Assembly: GCA_039028615.1 (NCBI GenBank)
Contig: JBCCHT010000039.1
Coordinates: forward strand, 47,040 to 111,039
Origin: Myxococcota bacterium
GTDB lineage: Bacteria; Myxococcota_A; Polyangia; Nannocystales; Nannocystaceae
Length of the DNA: 64,000 nucleotides
Reading direction: 5' to 3'
Below the pieces are notes generated by a model. The model saw only the letters and a program-made list of their open reading frames with translations. It searched no databases and had not been told where the DNA came from. This document shows, one piece after another, positions 19,975-30,269 of the stretch (positions within the stretch are counted from its first letter, which is position 1; every line of letters begins with the position of its first letter). Both the position numbers and the translations under genes were made by a program.

Positions 19975-21237
19975 ATGCGTCGCTGTAGAACGATCCCTGA
20001 GGCGGTTTCGATTGCGCTGTTGTGCGCTGTCGGTGGCATGAGCGGGTGTGACGAGGCCGAGAAGACCCAGCCGCAAGAGCTGCGAACCATCGTTCAACAG
20101 ATCCAGACCACGCCGACGGCGGAGGGCAGTCGTCTCGGCTTCGACATGCTCACCGTGGACAAGCACACCGCCGGAGCCATGGCGTGTGACCCCGGAGCCA
20201 CCATCACCATCGGGGTCAGCTACGAGGGACCCGAAGGACCCTTCGACATCGTCGAAGATTGGCAGATCCAAGTGGTCTGCGAAGACGATCCCTCGTACGA
20301 AGTCGCGGTCGTGCTGGACAACAGCGGCTCGGAACACGACTACATCGACGTCATCACCGATGCGGCCAGTGCCTTCGCCGACGAGCTGCTCGGCCTGGGC
20401 GGCCGCATGTCGTTGGTCCGCATCAGCACCCAATCCGAGGTGCTCGAGGGAGTCACGGACGACGAGGTCCTGCTCACCGACGCCATCGATCAGCTCTACG
20501 CCGGCAACGGCTGGACCGCGCTCTACGACGCGGTACGCATGGGCGGCGAGACCCTGGCCGAGAGCGCCGAGGCAGCGCCCGACGCCCCCGCCCCCGGGGT
20601 CGAAGCCAGCCAGTCCTGCACCGCGCCGAGTCGACGCTCCATCGCGGTCTACACCGATGGCCAAGAGAACAACTCCGCCGACCAGCACCCCTGCGAGAGC
20701 TGCTCGGGACCCTCGGACGGCATCGACACCACGCTCGAAGACCTCGCCCTCCTCCACGTCAACTACGTCCCCATTCCCATCTATGTGGTGGGCGTCGGCG
20801 AGAACATCCACACCGACGAGCTGACCATCATGGCCGAGGCCAACGGTGGCACCTACTTCCCCGTGGACAGCCACGAGGAGATGCTCGAGGTCTTGCCCGA
20901 GATCGCAGCCTACGGCACCAGTGCCGCGCATGTCTGCGTGGACGTGTTCAACCCCGAGTGCGGGCCCGCGTGGGTGCAGATCACCGTACAGACCGAGGCC
21001 GGCGGGGCGACCATCGAGAGCACGACCGTCCACGCCACCGAGTTCTGCCCGGCGCTGCCCGACTTCCCCGTGGCGCCACCTCCCGGTGGTGGCGAGCCTC
21101 CGCCTCCGGGCGAGCCGCCTCCTCCCGAGCCTCCGCCTCCGGGCGGAGAGCCACCGCCGCCTCTGCCCCCGCCTCCGGGTGGCGAGCCTCCGCCGCCTCT
21201 GCCCCCGCCCCTGCCTCCGCCGCCTCCCGGCCCCTGA
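19975..21237 (+). CDS. VWA domain lipoprotein with poly-proline tail
   Basis: Lipobox-like GGMSGC; MIDAS DNSGS, WTALYDA and YTDGQEN; PPPGGEPPPPL repeats ~21070-21237. Confidence 0.85.
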   Translation: MRRCRTIPEAVSIALLCAVGGMSGCDEAEKTQPQELRTIVQQIQTTPTAEGSRLGFDMLTVDKHTAGAMACDPGATITIGVSYEGPEGPFDIVEDWQIQVVCEDDPSYEVAVVLDNSGSEHDYIDVITDAASAFADELLGLGGRMSLVRISTQSEVLEGVTDDEVLLTDAIDQLYAGNGWTALYDAVRMGGETLAESAEAAPDAPAPGVEASQSCTAPSRRSIAVYTDGQENNSADQHPCESCSGPSDGIDTTLEDLALLHVNYVPIPIYVVGVGENIHTDELTIMAEANGGTYFPVDSHEEMLEVLPEIAAYGTSAAHVCVDVFNPECGPAWVQITVQTEAGGATIESTTVHATEFCPALPDFPVAPPPGGGEPPPPGEPPPPEPPPPGGEPPPPLPPPPGGEPPPPLPPPLPPPPPGP

Positions 21238-21277
21238 GTCATCGCGGTCTGGCCACCCACGGCGGGTGAGTCATGTT

Positions 21278-21307
21278 CGGGAGCTTCGCGTCGATGCGAA
21301 GCTCCCG
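21278..21307. terminator. Hairpin between convergent genes
   Basis: Perfect 12-bp inverted repeat CGGGAGCTTCGC/GCGAAGCTCCCG followed by a short T-rich tract. Confidence 0.55.
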
Positions 21308-21322
21308 CGCTTCGTTTTGGCG

Positions 21323-22165
21323 TCAGTTGCAGCTGCCCGCGATGCAGATCTCGTCGTGATCGCAGTCGTCCCCGCAGCCGCCACAGTGGTCGTGGTCGGA
21401 GTCGAAGTTCACACAGTCGCCTTCGCACTCGGTGAACCCCTCCGGACAGGTGCAGTTGCCCGCGACGCAGTCTTGGTTGCCGCCGCAGGCGTTGTCGCAG
21501 CCGCCACAGTGCAGCGGATCGGTGGCTGCGTCGGCGCAGTCGTCCCCGCACTGGATCGTGCCCGCCGGGCAGGTGCTCTGGCACGTGCCCCCGCCACAGA
21601 CCTGCCCGTCGCACGACGAGCCGCACGCGCCACAGTGGTCGGCGTCGGAGTCCGTGGTGACGCACTCGGTCCCGCATAGCGTGGCGCCGAGCGGACACTC
21701 CTCGACGCAGTTTCCCGACACGCAGGTCTCGCTGCTATTGCAGTTTTCGTCACACTCGCCGCAGTGGTCGAGATTGACGCTGAGATCGACGCAGTCCTCG
21801 TCGCACATCACGTGGGTGGCCGGGCACTCGCCGCCGCAGACCCCCACCACGCACTCGACGTCGGCCGCACAGGCAAACCCACACTCGCCGCAGTGCCCCT
21901 CGTCGTTGTCGAGGTTGAAGCACGCCTGACCGCAGACCGACTCGCCCTCGGGGCACCCGTTGCTGCCGTCCAGCTCGCCCGTGGAGCCGTCGGCCGCCGT
22001 CTCCGAGCCCGCCGCGGTGGTGGTGCCGACGGCGGTCGTGTTCCCGCCGCCCTCCGTGGCCGCGCCGCTGGTCGCCGTGCCGCCATCGTCTCCGCACGCA
22101 AAGGAGAGCACGCCGCCCAGCACGAGCGCGACGACGGGGGTCAACATCCTCGGGGTTTCAGCCAT
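21323..22165 (-). CDS. Cys-rich repeat lipoprotein (C..CVD...D..HCG.C...C repeats)
   Basis: Lipobox LSFAC; RBS-like AGGAGGGAG upstream; tandem Cys repeats. Confidence 0.85.
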   Translation of the reverse strand: MAETPRMLTPVVALVLGGVLSFACGDDGGTATSGAATEGGGNTTAVGTTTAAGSETAADGSTGELDGSNGCPEGESVCGQACFNLDNDEGHCGECGFACAADVECVVGVCGGECPATHVMCDEDCVDLSVNLDHCGECDENCNSSETCVSGNCVEECPLGATLCGTECVTTDSDADHCGACGSSCDGQVCGGGTCQSTCPAGTIQCGDDCADAATDPLHCGGCDNACGGNQDCVAGNCTCPEGFTECEGDCVNFDSDHDHCGGCGDDCDHDEICIAGSCN

Positions 22166-22190
22166 ACGGTTCTCCCTCCTCGAGACGGGC

Positions 22191-23513
22191 TCAGAAGCAC
22201 TGGACGGCCTCGGTGCACACGGTGGCCCCGCCGAGCAGGTCCCACTCGCAACACAGGTCGAAGTCGTCGACACATTCGTCGCAGGGGCACGAGTCGCAGG
22301 TCGGCGCGAGCACCCAGTCCTCGCAGTTGCCGTTGACGCACACGCGGTTGCCCGAGCACTCGTTGTCGCACTCGCCACAGTGGTTCGGGTCCGTCTGGAA
22401 GTCGACGCAGCTCGAGCCGCACTGGTTGGGGAACTCGCCGCAGTCCATCAGGCAGTTGCCGCCGCCGCAGGGCGAGCCCACGCAGTCGTTGCCACACTCG
22501 CCGCAGTGCAAGGGGTCGGTATTGGGATCGATGCAGTCCCCGTCGCACTCGATCCAGCCCGGCTTGCACACGCAGGTGCTCATCATGCAGACCTCGTCCC
22601 AGAAGCCGCAGTCGTCCCCGCAGGCGCCGCAGTGGTCGGGATCGTAGTCGACGTCGACACACTCGCTGTTGCACGCCTCGAGGCCTTCTTCGCACAGGCA
22701 GTTGCCCAGCTCGCAGACCCCGGTGTCACAGTCGTTGAAGCAGTCGCCGCAATGATCGGGGTTGTTCGACAGGTCGACGCACTCGTCGCTGCACGACACC
22801 GCGTCCCCGATGCAGTTGCAGTTGCCCGACACGCAGACCTGCTGCCCGCCGCAGTCGTCGTCACAGCCGCCGCAGTTGAGCGGGTCCGTCTGCGGGTCGA
22901 CGCAGTCCTGGATGCACTGCACCGAGCCCATGGGGCAGGAGTCGACGCACTCGCCCTTGGAGCACACCTGGTCCTGCGTGCACGCGGCGTTGCAGGCACC
23001 GCAGTGGTCGGCGTCGGAGTCCGTGCTCACGCAGTCGCCGTCGCACAGGGTCGCGCCCACCGGGCACTCGCCCACGCACAGCCCGGTCAGGCAGAACTGC
23101 TCGGCATCGCAGGCATTGCCACACTCGCCGCAGTTGGCGGCATCGATGGAGACGTTGACGCAGGCGCCATTGCACTGGACCTCGCCCTCGCCACAGATCT
23201 CCGCGCACGTGCCCTCTTCGCACTGCTGGTCCTCGGTGCAGGCGTTGTCACACGCACCGCAGTGGTCCTGGTCGGTCTGCGTGTCGACGCACGCATCGCC
23301 GCACCGAGTCTCCGAGTCCGCGCAAGCGCCCGCCGTGGTGTCGCCTCCGCTGGTGGTGGTCGTGGCCACCGGTCCCGTGCTGCTCGTGCCGGTCGACGAC
23401 CCCGAACTCGCCTGACCACCACCATCGTCGCCGCAGGCGGAGGCCAAGAGCATGGTCATGCCCACTACCGTTCGTACAACCCAACTATGCTTCCTGCATT
23501 GCGTCATGGTCAT
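22191..23513 (-). CDS. Cys-rich repeat lipoprotein, tandem paralog of 21323-22165
   Basis: Lipobox LASAC followed by GDDGG as in the paralog; about eight Cys repeats; shared CP.GATLC...CV.TDSDADHCGAC block. Confidence 0.85.
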   Translation of the reverse strand: MTMTQCRKHSWVVRTVVGMTMLLASACGDDGGGQASSGSSTGTSSTGPVATTTTSGGDTTAGACADSETRCGDACVDTQTDQDHCGACDNACTEDQQCEEGTCAEICGEGEVQCNGACVNVSIDAANCGECGNACDAEQFCLTGLCVGECPVGATLCDGDCVSTDSDADHCGACNAACTQDQVCSKGECVDSCPMGSVQCIQDCVDPQTDPLNCGGCDDDCGGQQVCVSGNCNCIGDAVSCSDECVDLSNNPDHCGDCFNDCDTGVCELGNCLCEEGLEACNSECVDVDYDPDHCGACGDDCGFWDEVCMMSTCVCKPGWIECDGDCIDPNTDPLHCGECGNDCVGSPCGGGNCLMDCGEFPNQCGSSCVDFQTDPNHCGECDNECSGNRVCVNGNCEDWVLAPTCDSCPCDECVDDFDLCCEWDLLGGATVCTEAVQCF

Positions 23514-23930
23514 GTCAGTCGCAGCTCCGTAGGCCAGCACGGTAACAGATTCAATTATCCACCGCGGCGCGAAAACGGGGCGTACGAGCGTTACTGCGCG
23601 TGCCTATCGAGTGACACGGACCATTGCGGGCCATTTCGAAAACGTCGATTCGAAACTCGGTGACGACAGGTACTTCTGACAGTTGTCGCTCTCGATGCCG
23701 ATGATAGTTTGAGATCGGTTGTAGTCGCACACGGGAAGAACCCGAGCTCGAGCCCCCTCTCGTGCTTCGGATTCGAGTCCTGGACCACGACCACTGCTCG
23801 CCAACGACTCGGTGCTGGTGCCCGCCGGGAAGGTCCGATGCGTCGGACCTTCGACCCCCCGGTGGCGTCACGCCGAGCTCCTGGCGAGTTACTTGACTTC
23901 TCTACGCGAATCGAGCAAAGGGAGGCGATC

Positions 23931-25085
23931 ATGAGGATTGGTACGACGACACGTACACTCACCCAGCGGCTGCTGGGCGCCGTGATCGTGTCGTGGGCCA
24001 CAGGCTGTGCCGACGTGGAGGCCGACGACCTGCAGCCGGGGGCCAGCTCGGACTCGCGAGTCGTGCTCGAGGCGGGCTTTGCCGAGCTCGCCGAGCCTCG
24101 TCTCACCCGTCGGGGCCGGGTCTACCTGCCGCGGACCACCCTCGACCGCGTCGGCCTGCAGCCGGGGCAGCAGGTGCGCATCTGGTTCAGTGACGGCAGG
24201 AACGATCACTGCGACGATCCCTTCGACGACCTCATGGGCGGCTGTGCGCTGTCGCTGCTGTTCACCCTGCAGGACCTGCCCGACGACGCTCCCGCCGGGC
24301 CCACCCTCGGTTCCGACGGCCTGCAGCGCGTGCTCGCGCTCAATCCCGACTTCGAGGGCCGACACGACTTCATCCTCGATCGCGACGTGACCGGGCCGGA
24401 AACCGACTTCCGCGACGAGGTGTACGACAACGTGCAGCAGCGAGACCTCATCGCGCTCGCCCCCCACGGCGGCTCGATCGAGGCCCATACCGACGCGCAA
24501 GCGATGGCGCTGTGCGACTGGGACGAAGGTCGCTTCGGCGCCTGGTACGGCCGCGGCATGGGGCCCGATCAGCTCGGTCGACTGCACGTCACCAGCACCG
24601 ACATCAGCCCCAACCCTTGGGTACCCGCCTCCGCGCATCCGAGCTTCACTTCCCTCGAACCGCTCGGCCAAGGCGAGTTCCGCTACGCGGTCTCGTTCCA
24701 CGGCTTCAAGTCCAACGAGGTCTGCGAGTCGACCGACTACTGCATCGACCTCGGCGGCGGCATGGGCTCGAAGGCGCTGCGAGAGGACCTCGCCGAGCGC
24801 CTACGAGCCGAGCTGTCCCCGGGCGACGGCACCGAGCTGCACTGCGGCACCCAGCGCCTGCCCGTGGGCGACGGCGTCGATGCGCCGCAGTTCGTGGTGC
24901 GCACCGACGCCAACCACGACGACATGGACGGCGGCAGCTCCAACAACATCGTCAACTGGATGACCACCACGGGTGATCGCGGGATCCAGGTGGAGCAGAC
25001 GCTTCCGCTGCGCGAGCAGTGTGGCATCGCGGTCGCACAGATCGTGGCCGAGTTCTACGCCGAGCAGCTCGACGCGAGCGCGTGA
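23931..25085 (+). CDS. Poly-gamma-glutamate hydrolase (PghP/DUF867 family) lipoprotein
   Basis: GGAGG RBS; lipobox WATGC; APHGGSIE, LHVTST, SFHGF and GIQVEQ motifs typical of phage-type PghP. Confidence 0.8.
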   Translation: MRIGTTTRTLTQRLLGAVIVSWATGCADVEADDLQPGASSDSRVVLEAGFAELAEPRLTRRGRVYLPRTTLDRVGLQPGQQVRIWFSDGRNDHCDDPFDDLMGGCALSLLFTLQDLPDDAPAGPTLGSDGLQRVLALNPDFEGRHDFILDRDVTGPETDFRDEVYDNVQQRDLIALAPHGGSIEAHTDAQAMALCDWDEGRFGAWYGRGMGPDQLGRLHVTSTDISPNPWVPASAHPSFTSLEPLGQGEFRYAVSFHGFKSNEVCESTDYCIDLGGGMGSKALREDLAERLRAELSPGDGTELHCGTQRLPVGDGVDAPQFVVRTDANHDDMDGGSSNNIVNWMTTTGDRGIQVEQTLPLREQCGIAVAQIVAEFYAEQLDASA

Positions 25086-25525
25086 CGGAGTCGTCGTCGG
25101 CCCTCGATTTCGAGCCGATCGGCACCACCGCCACCTCGTTGCCGCGGCGTCGTGCCCGGCGTCGTTTTGCCGCCGAGGCTCGGCATCGAACGCCGCAGGG
25201 AACACACGCGCAGTCCATGCTCCAGCTTCGTTTCGTTCGACGGAGCACGGCGGGCAATCGAGTCCGCACTTGGGCCGATCCGCTCCGGGTTTCTCATGAT
25301 GGGAAAGTGTGCACAGTGCAGGGAAGTGGATCACCCGTGCGGTCTCGACCTACTTCGTCGCCCATTGAACGGACGAGTAGGCGGGCCTGCTTCCAACAGT
25401 TTGTGCACGCCGACGACCTCTTTGGGTATCATGAACTCGCGGCGGTGAACGGCCTTTTCGCGCGTCACTCATGGGATACGACGTTGTGAAAGCGGGCCCT
25501 CACCTCCGATGAGAGAGGACCGAGG

Positions 25526-27277
25526 ATGGCGAGACTTGGACTACGGAGCTTTGAATGGGTCGTGATGAGCTGCGCGGCGCTTGCACTGACCGCGTGCACC
25601 GACCCCTGTACCGACGACGGCTTCGGCGGCGGTGATCAGAGCGAATGTACGACCATCTCGGGCGGCGCCAACGGAGGCGGCACGGCAGGCAGCGGGACCG
25701 CGTCCGGCTCGGCCTCCCAGGGCATGACCCTCGACGATTCCGCCACCCTGGGCGGCGGAGGGGGCAGCGGTGACAGCGGGCTCGACAGCGACACCGACGG
25801 CATGACCGACGGCGTCGACAGCAGCGGCACGAGCGGCTTGGTCGAGTTCTGCCAAGACATCGACGGTGACGGCTATCCCAACCTCGCCACCTGTGTCGAC
25901 GCCGATCCCGACGACCCGCCCGCCGGGCACATCCCCGCCACCGAAGACGGCGACTGCGACGACACCAATCCCAACACCCACCCGGGCGCGGCCGAGTTCG
26001 AGCTGCCCGAGGCGTGCACCAACGACGACGACGACGACGGCTGGGGCGACGACTCCCCGCCGCCGGGCGTCGACGCGGGCACCGATTGCGACGACACCGA
26101 CAACGACACCTTCCCCGGCGCCGCCGAGAACGAGTCGCTCACCCTGTGCATGGACGACGACGACGAGGACGGCTACGGCGATCCCGATCCCCCAGGCGGC
26201 GTCGAGCCGGGCGTCGACTGTGACGACTCCGACGAGACCCTCGGCCCCTGCATCGTGTGGTGCATGGACTCCGACGGCGACGGCTTCGGCGATCCGAACA
26301 ACGGCATGGAGGGCGACCCGCTCATTCCGCCGACGCCCGACCACGTGATGAACTGCGACGACTGTGACGACAGCGCGTCGTTCACCTTCCCCGGCGCGGC
26401 CACGCTCGAGCAGCCGCCCCTGGACATGGAGTGCCTCAAGGACGAAGACCACGATGGCTTCGGCGACGAGGACCCGCCCGTCGGCGTCACCCAGGGCACC
26501 GACTGCGACGATCTCGACCCCTTGCTGCTGCCGGGCATCGCCGAGCTCGAGCCCGAGATCTGCACCATCGACGAGGACGACGACGGCTGGGGCGACTGGA
26601 ACGCGTCGGCCGTCAACCCGCAGGCCGAAGAGGGCAGCGACTGCGATGACTCCAGCCCGAGCATCGGCCGCTGTGCCCTGCTCGTCACCCAGGACGGCAC
26701 CGCCAACGCGCCCATCGACGCCGCCATGCTGCCCATGCTGCAGGCCCTCGACCTGGACGTGATCTTGGCCGAGGACCTCACCGTGACCGCGATCGATGCC
26801 GACCCCACCGCGCTGGTCGTCATCAGCGGCAGCGCCACCTCCTTCCAGGTCGGCAACATCTTCCGCAACGTGAACGAGGGCGTGGTGGTCCTCGAGGGGC
26901 AGATCTGGGACGACATGAACATGTCGCCCACGGGTAACCCGGCCAGCGACGTCGACGTGCAGATCCTCGACGACGGTCACGACATCGCGGGGGGCCTGGC
27001 GGGCACCGTGGACTTCATGCTCGCCGATCCCGGCTCGGGCATCTTCCACACCTCGCCCAACGGCAACGCCGACATCATCGCGGCTCGCGTCGGCAACCCC
27101 ACGCAGGTGGTCGTGTTCGGCTTCCACGACGGAGCGACCATGGAGGGCGGCTTCTCGGCCCCCGGGCGACGCGTGGGCTTCGGCGCCGACATCGACGGCG
27201 GCATGGGCACCAACGGCCAGCTCGGCACCGAGGGCCTCATCATGTTCCAGGCCGCCGCGAGCTGGGCCATGGAGTAG
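25526..27277 (+). CDS. Lipoprotein with acidic D.D.DG(Y/F/W)G / DCDD metal-binding repeats (MopE-related type)
   Basis: Lipobox LTAC; repeated DCDD and DxDxDG motifs; GAGAGG upstream. Confidence 0.8.
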   Translation: MARLGLRSFEWVVMSCAALALTACTDPCTDDGFGGGDQSECTTISGGANGGGTAGSGTASGSASQGMTLDDSATLGGGGGSGDSGLDSDTDGMTDGVDSSGTSGLVEFCQDIDGDGYPNLATCVDADPDDPPAGHIPATEDGDCDDTNPNTHPGAAEFELPEACTNDDDDDGWGDDSPPPGVDAGTDCDDTDNDTFPGAAENESLTLCMDDDDEDGYGDPDPPGGVEPGVDCDDSDETLGPCIVWCMDSDGDGFGDPNNGMEGDPLIPPTPDHVMNCDDCDDSASFTFPGAATLEQPPLDMECLKDEDHDGFGDEDPPVGVTQGTDCDDLDPLLLPGIAELEPEICTIDEDDDGWGDWNASAVNPQAEEGSDCDDSSPSIGRCALLVTQDGTANAPIDAAMLPMLQALDLDVILAEDLTVTAIDADPTALVVISGSATSFQVGNIFRNVNEGVVVLEGQIWDDMNMSPTGNPASDVDVQILDDGHDIAGGLAGTVDFMLADPGSGIFHTSPNGNADIIAARVGNPTQVVVFGFHDGATMEGGFSAPGRRVGFGADIDGGMGTNGQLGTEGLIMFQAAASWAME

Positions 27278-27287
27278 CGGGTGGTCG

Positions 27288-28367
27288 CTACGGGCGGTTG
27301 AGCACGGTGCCCGGCCAGTCGCGGTAGGGCACCCCGATCGCCACCTCGCCGACCGCGTCGTCCCGCAGCGGCAGCGGCATGTAGAACGCGTCGTGGCGCC
27401 AGCCGTCGATACCCGAGCCCCAGCGCAGGCCGTGGCCGAAGGGGTCCCCCGTGCCCGTACCATTCGCCTCGAGCAGGGTCACCATCGCCGAGCCGTCGGG
27501 CGCGATCCGATACAGAGACAGCGTCTCGAAGTCGGAGACGTACACGTAGCCGCACACGTCCACGCCGATGCCGTCGTGCCAGTCGCCGAGGCCGTCGTAA
27601 AACAGCGTGGGCTCGCCCACCACCTCGAGCGCGTCGTCGAGCTGGGCCACCCAGACTTGGCCGCCCGTCTCCGCGGTGCCGATGTACATGCGGCTGGAGT
27701 CGGGGCTGAAGTCCACCACCCGGGGCGACACGCCGGGCGCCGCGAGGAACTCGATCTTGCCTCCGCGCTCGGGATCGATGCGATGCACGACCTGCGAGTT
27801 GGCGGTGTACACGAGCCCGTCGGGACCGGTGCGGACGCCGTAGGCGAACACGTCGGTGGCGAGGTCGGACGTCACCCCCTCGGGCGTCACCCGCACGATG
27901 GTGCCCGTATCGAAGCGCGCGACCACGAAGTCACCCCCGGGTAGGATGTCGATCTGATCGAGCTCGTCTCCAAGCCCCGGGACGAAGGGCTGCACCGGTT
28001 CGCCGTAGCCCGCCCGAACCAGGTGGGGCTCGACGACTCCGATGCAGTGGCCGAACTCGTCGAAGGTGATCCCACGGCCCGCCTGCGGCCCCTGCAGCAC
28101 CGTCGTCGGCGGTGAATCGTCGGTGATGGTGGCACAGTCGAACGACTCCTCCGGGGCGTTGCCGGTCGAATCCACGCCGCTCGAGCTGCCGTCGCCACCC
28201 GTCGATGCGTCGATCCCCGTCGCGCTTTCGTCCGTGCCGGACGAAGAAGACCCCCCGCTGGAGCCAGAGGTCTCAATGGGTGCCGGGTCGGTCCCTCCGC
28301 ACGCCGCCGCTGCGACGCAGGCCACCGCGGCCGCTCGAGGAGCATCGCGAAAAACAAGCCAAGACAT
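27288..28367 (-). CDS. SMP-30/gluconolactonase-like beta-propeller lipoprotein
   Basis: Lipobox AAAC; propeller-type repeats (GITFD, DFSPDSSRMY, DGIGVDVCGYVYV). Confidence 0.75.
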   Translation of the reverse strand: MSWLVFRDAPRAAAVACVAAAACGGTDPAPIETSGSSGGSSSSGTDESATGIDASTGGDGSSSGVDSTGNAPEESFDCATITDDSPPTTVLQGPQAGRGITFDEFGHCIGVVEPHLVRAGYGEPVQPFVPGLGDELDQIDILPGGDFVVARFDTGTIVRVTPEGVTSDLATDVFAYGVRTGPDGLVYTANSQVVHRIDPERGGKIEFLAAPGVSPRVVDFSPDSSRMYIGTAETGGQVWVAQLDDALEVVGEPTLFYDGLGDWHDGIGVDVCGYVYVSDFETLSLYRIAPDGSAMVTLLEANGTGTGDPFGHGLRWGSGIDGWRHDAFYMPLPLRDDAVGEVAIGVPYRDWPGTVLNRP

Positions 28368-28517
28368 GGTTTACGAACCATTCTCTCCGCAAGCCGTGGC
28401 AGCAACACCGCTGGTCGCAACGCACGGACCGTTCACCGATCGCCCGCCATGGGTCCGCCCGCGCGGCCGCTGCCCTCGCCGCTGGCCAGATCGTCCACGA
28501 GGCTCTATCGTGATGCG

Positions 28518-30257
28518 ATGCGCTTAGGGTCGGGGGTCGTGTTCGCTGCTGTGTTGTCCTTGGGGGGGTGCAACGACACGCCCGCCGCCACCGACGACTC
28601 GGACTCCAGCGGCTCCGCCACCGATGCGGCCACCGACGCCGACGACAGCGGAGGCACCGATGCGGACGACGCCGACGGAACCGCCGCGCCCAGCTGCGCC
28701 GCCGACAACCAGGCCCCGCAGGCGCCGTATATCGTCACGCCACCGCCCGGCGCACGCAACCTCGAGCCCGAGACCCTCCTGATCCAGAGCTCGGCCTTCG
28801 ACGACCCCGATGGCGACGCACACGCCTTCAGCGAGTTCGAGATCTGGCGACTCAACGGCGGCGAGCCAGTGGAGCGGGTCTGGTCCGCCACCATCTCGGA
28901 GCCCTCCTCGCTCGACCGGGTCACACTCGACCAAGGTCAGCTGCACGGCACGGCGGAGCTCGACGGCCACCTCGCCCAGTGGCGCAACCATGTCGTGCGC
29001 GCCCGGTACAACGACGGCAGCGAAGGCGACTGTGGCTACAGCGAGTGGAGCCCAGACGTCGACTTCCGCACCGACGACGGCAGCCAGTACCTCTTCGACC
29101 AATCGGTGATCCGCGACATCTACCTCGAGATCCCCGAACAGAGCGCGCTGCCGATCCACGAGCAGGCGGTGCCGCCCAAGTGCATCCCGTGGGACCGCGA
29201 GTTCTACGTGGGCAGCATGACCTACGAGGGCCAGCAGTTCGACGGCATCGGCATCCGGGCCAAGGGTGGCTGCGGCTCCGCGCGCGGCCTCGACGAGAAG
29301 GCCGGCTTCCGCATCAACCTGGGCTGGGACGACCCCGACGTGCCCGGGTGCCCCGAAAACCAGCGCCTCTACGGTCAGGACCACCTGACGCTCAACAACA
29401 TGGTCCAGGACCCGAGCTTCTCGCACGAGCGGCTCGCCTATCGCGTCTACCAGGCCTTCGGCGTGCCCACGCCCCGCGTCGCGCACATCCGCGTGCACGT
29501 CAACGGCGAGCTGTGGGGCCTGTACCTGCTGGTCGAGACCCCCAAGCGACGCTTCCTCGATCGCCGCTTCCAGTCCAAGAACGGCATGCTCTACGAGGGC
29601 ACCTACTGGTGCGACCTCATCGAGCCCAACGTCCCGCCCGGCGACGAAGACACCTACTGCCTCCAACGCAAGTTCTCGCCCGGGGCCTGCGACGGCGCGC
29701 CCGAGCCCGACGAAGATCCCAAGGACTACGAGCTGCTGCGCACCCTCGTCGCGGACCTCGACGCGCTGTCGATGGGCAGCTTCTATCCCGAGATCGAGGG
29801 CGTCTTCAACTTCGAGGACTTCCTCTCCGCGTGGGCCGTCGAGGGGGCCATCGGTCACTGGGACAACTACGCGTTCGAGATCAACAACAACTATCGCGTG
29901 TATCACCACCCCGCGACCGGGCTGTGGAACCTGCTCCCGCACGGCGTCGACCAGACCTTCGAGGACAGCCTCGACCCCTGGCTCGTGGAGGGCGTCATCG
30001 CGGTGAACTGCATGCAGGAAGGCGCGTGCGAGGCCGCCTTTGCCGATCGCTTTGCCCAGGTCGGCGAGACCATGGCTGGCCTCGACCTGGCCGCCGAGCT
30101 CGACGTGATCCACGACCTCATCACCGAGGACGTCTACGCCGACCCGCGCAAGGAAGTGAGCGACGAGGAGTACGAGCTCGCGCAGCAGCTCACCCGCGAG
30201 TGGATCCAGCAGCGGCCCGACGAGATCGTCGAGCTGCTCGCGGTGCACGGATTCTGA
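28518..30257 (+). CDS. CotH kinase family lipoprotein
   Basis: Lipobox LGGC; GIRAKG, LTLNNMVQDPS..HERLAY, VNGELWGLYLLVE, WDNY, NNYRVY and PHGVDQTF. Confidence 0.85.
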   Translation: MRLGSGVVFAAVLSLGGCNDTPAATDDSDSSGSATDAATDADDSGGTDADDADGTAAPSCAADNQAPQAPYIVTPPPGARNLEPETLLIQSSAFDDPDGDAHAFSEFEIWRLNGGEPVERVWSATISEPSSLDRVTLDQGQLHGTAELDGHLAQWRNHVVRARYNDGSEGDCGYSEWSPDVDFRTDDGSQYLFDQSVIRDIYLEIPEQSALPIHEQAVPPKCIPWDREFYVGSMTYEGQQFDGIGIRAKGGCGSARGLDEKAGFRINLGWDDPDVPGCPENQRLYGQDHLTLNNMVQDPSFSHERLAYRVYQAFGVPTPRVAHIRVHVNGELWGLYLLVETPKRRFLDRRFQSKNGMLYEGTYWCDLIEPNVPPGDEDTYCLQRKFSPGACDGAPEPDEDPKDYELLRTLVADLDALSMGSFYPEIEGVFNFEDFLSAWAVEGAIGHWDNYAFEINNNYRVYHHPATGLWNLLPHGVDQTFEDSLDPWLVEGVIAVNCMQEGACEAAFADRFAQVGETMAGLDLAAELDVIHDLITEDVYADPRKEVSDEEYELAQQLTREWIQQRPDEIVELLAVHGF

Positions 30258-30269
30258 GGCTCGCGTGCC

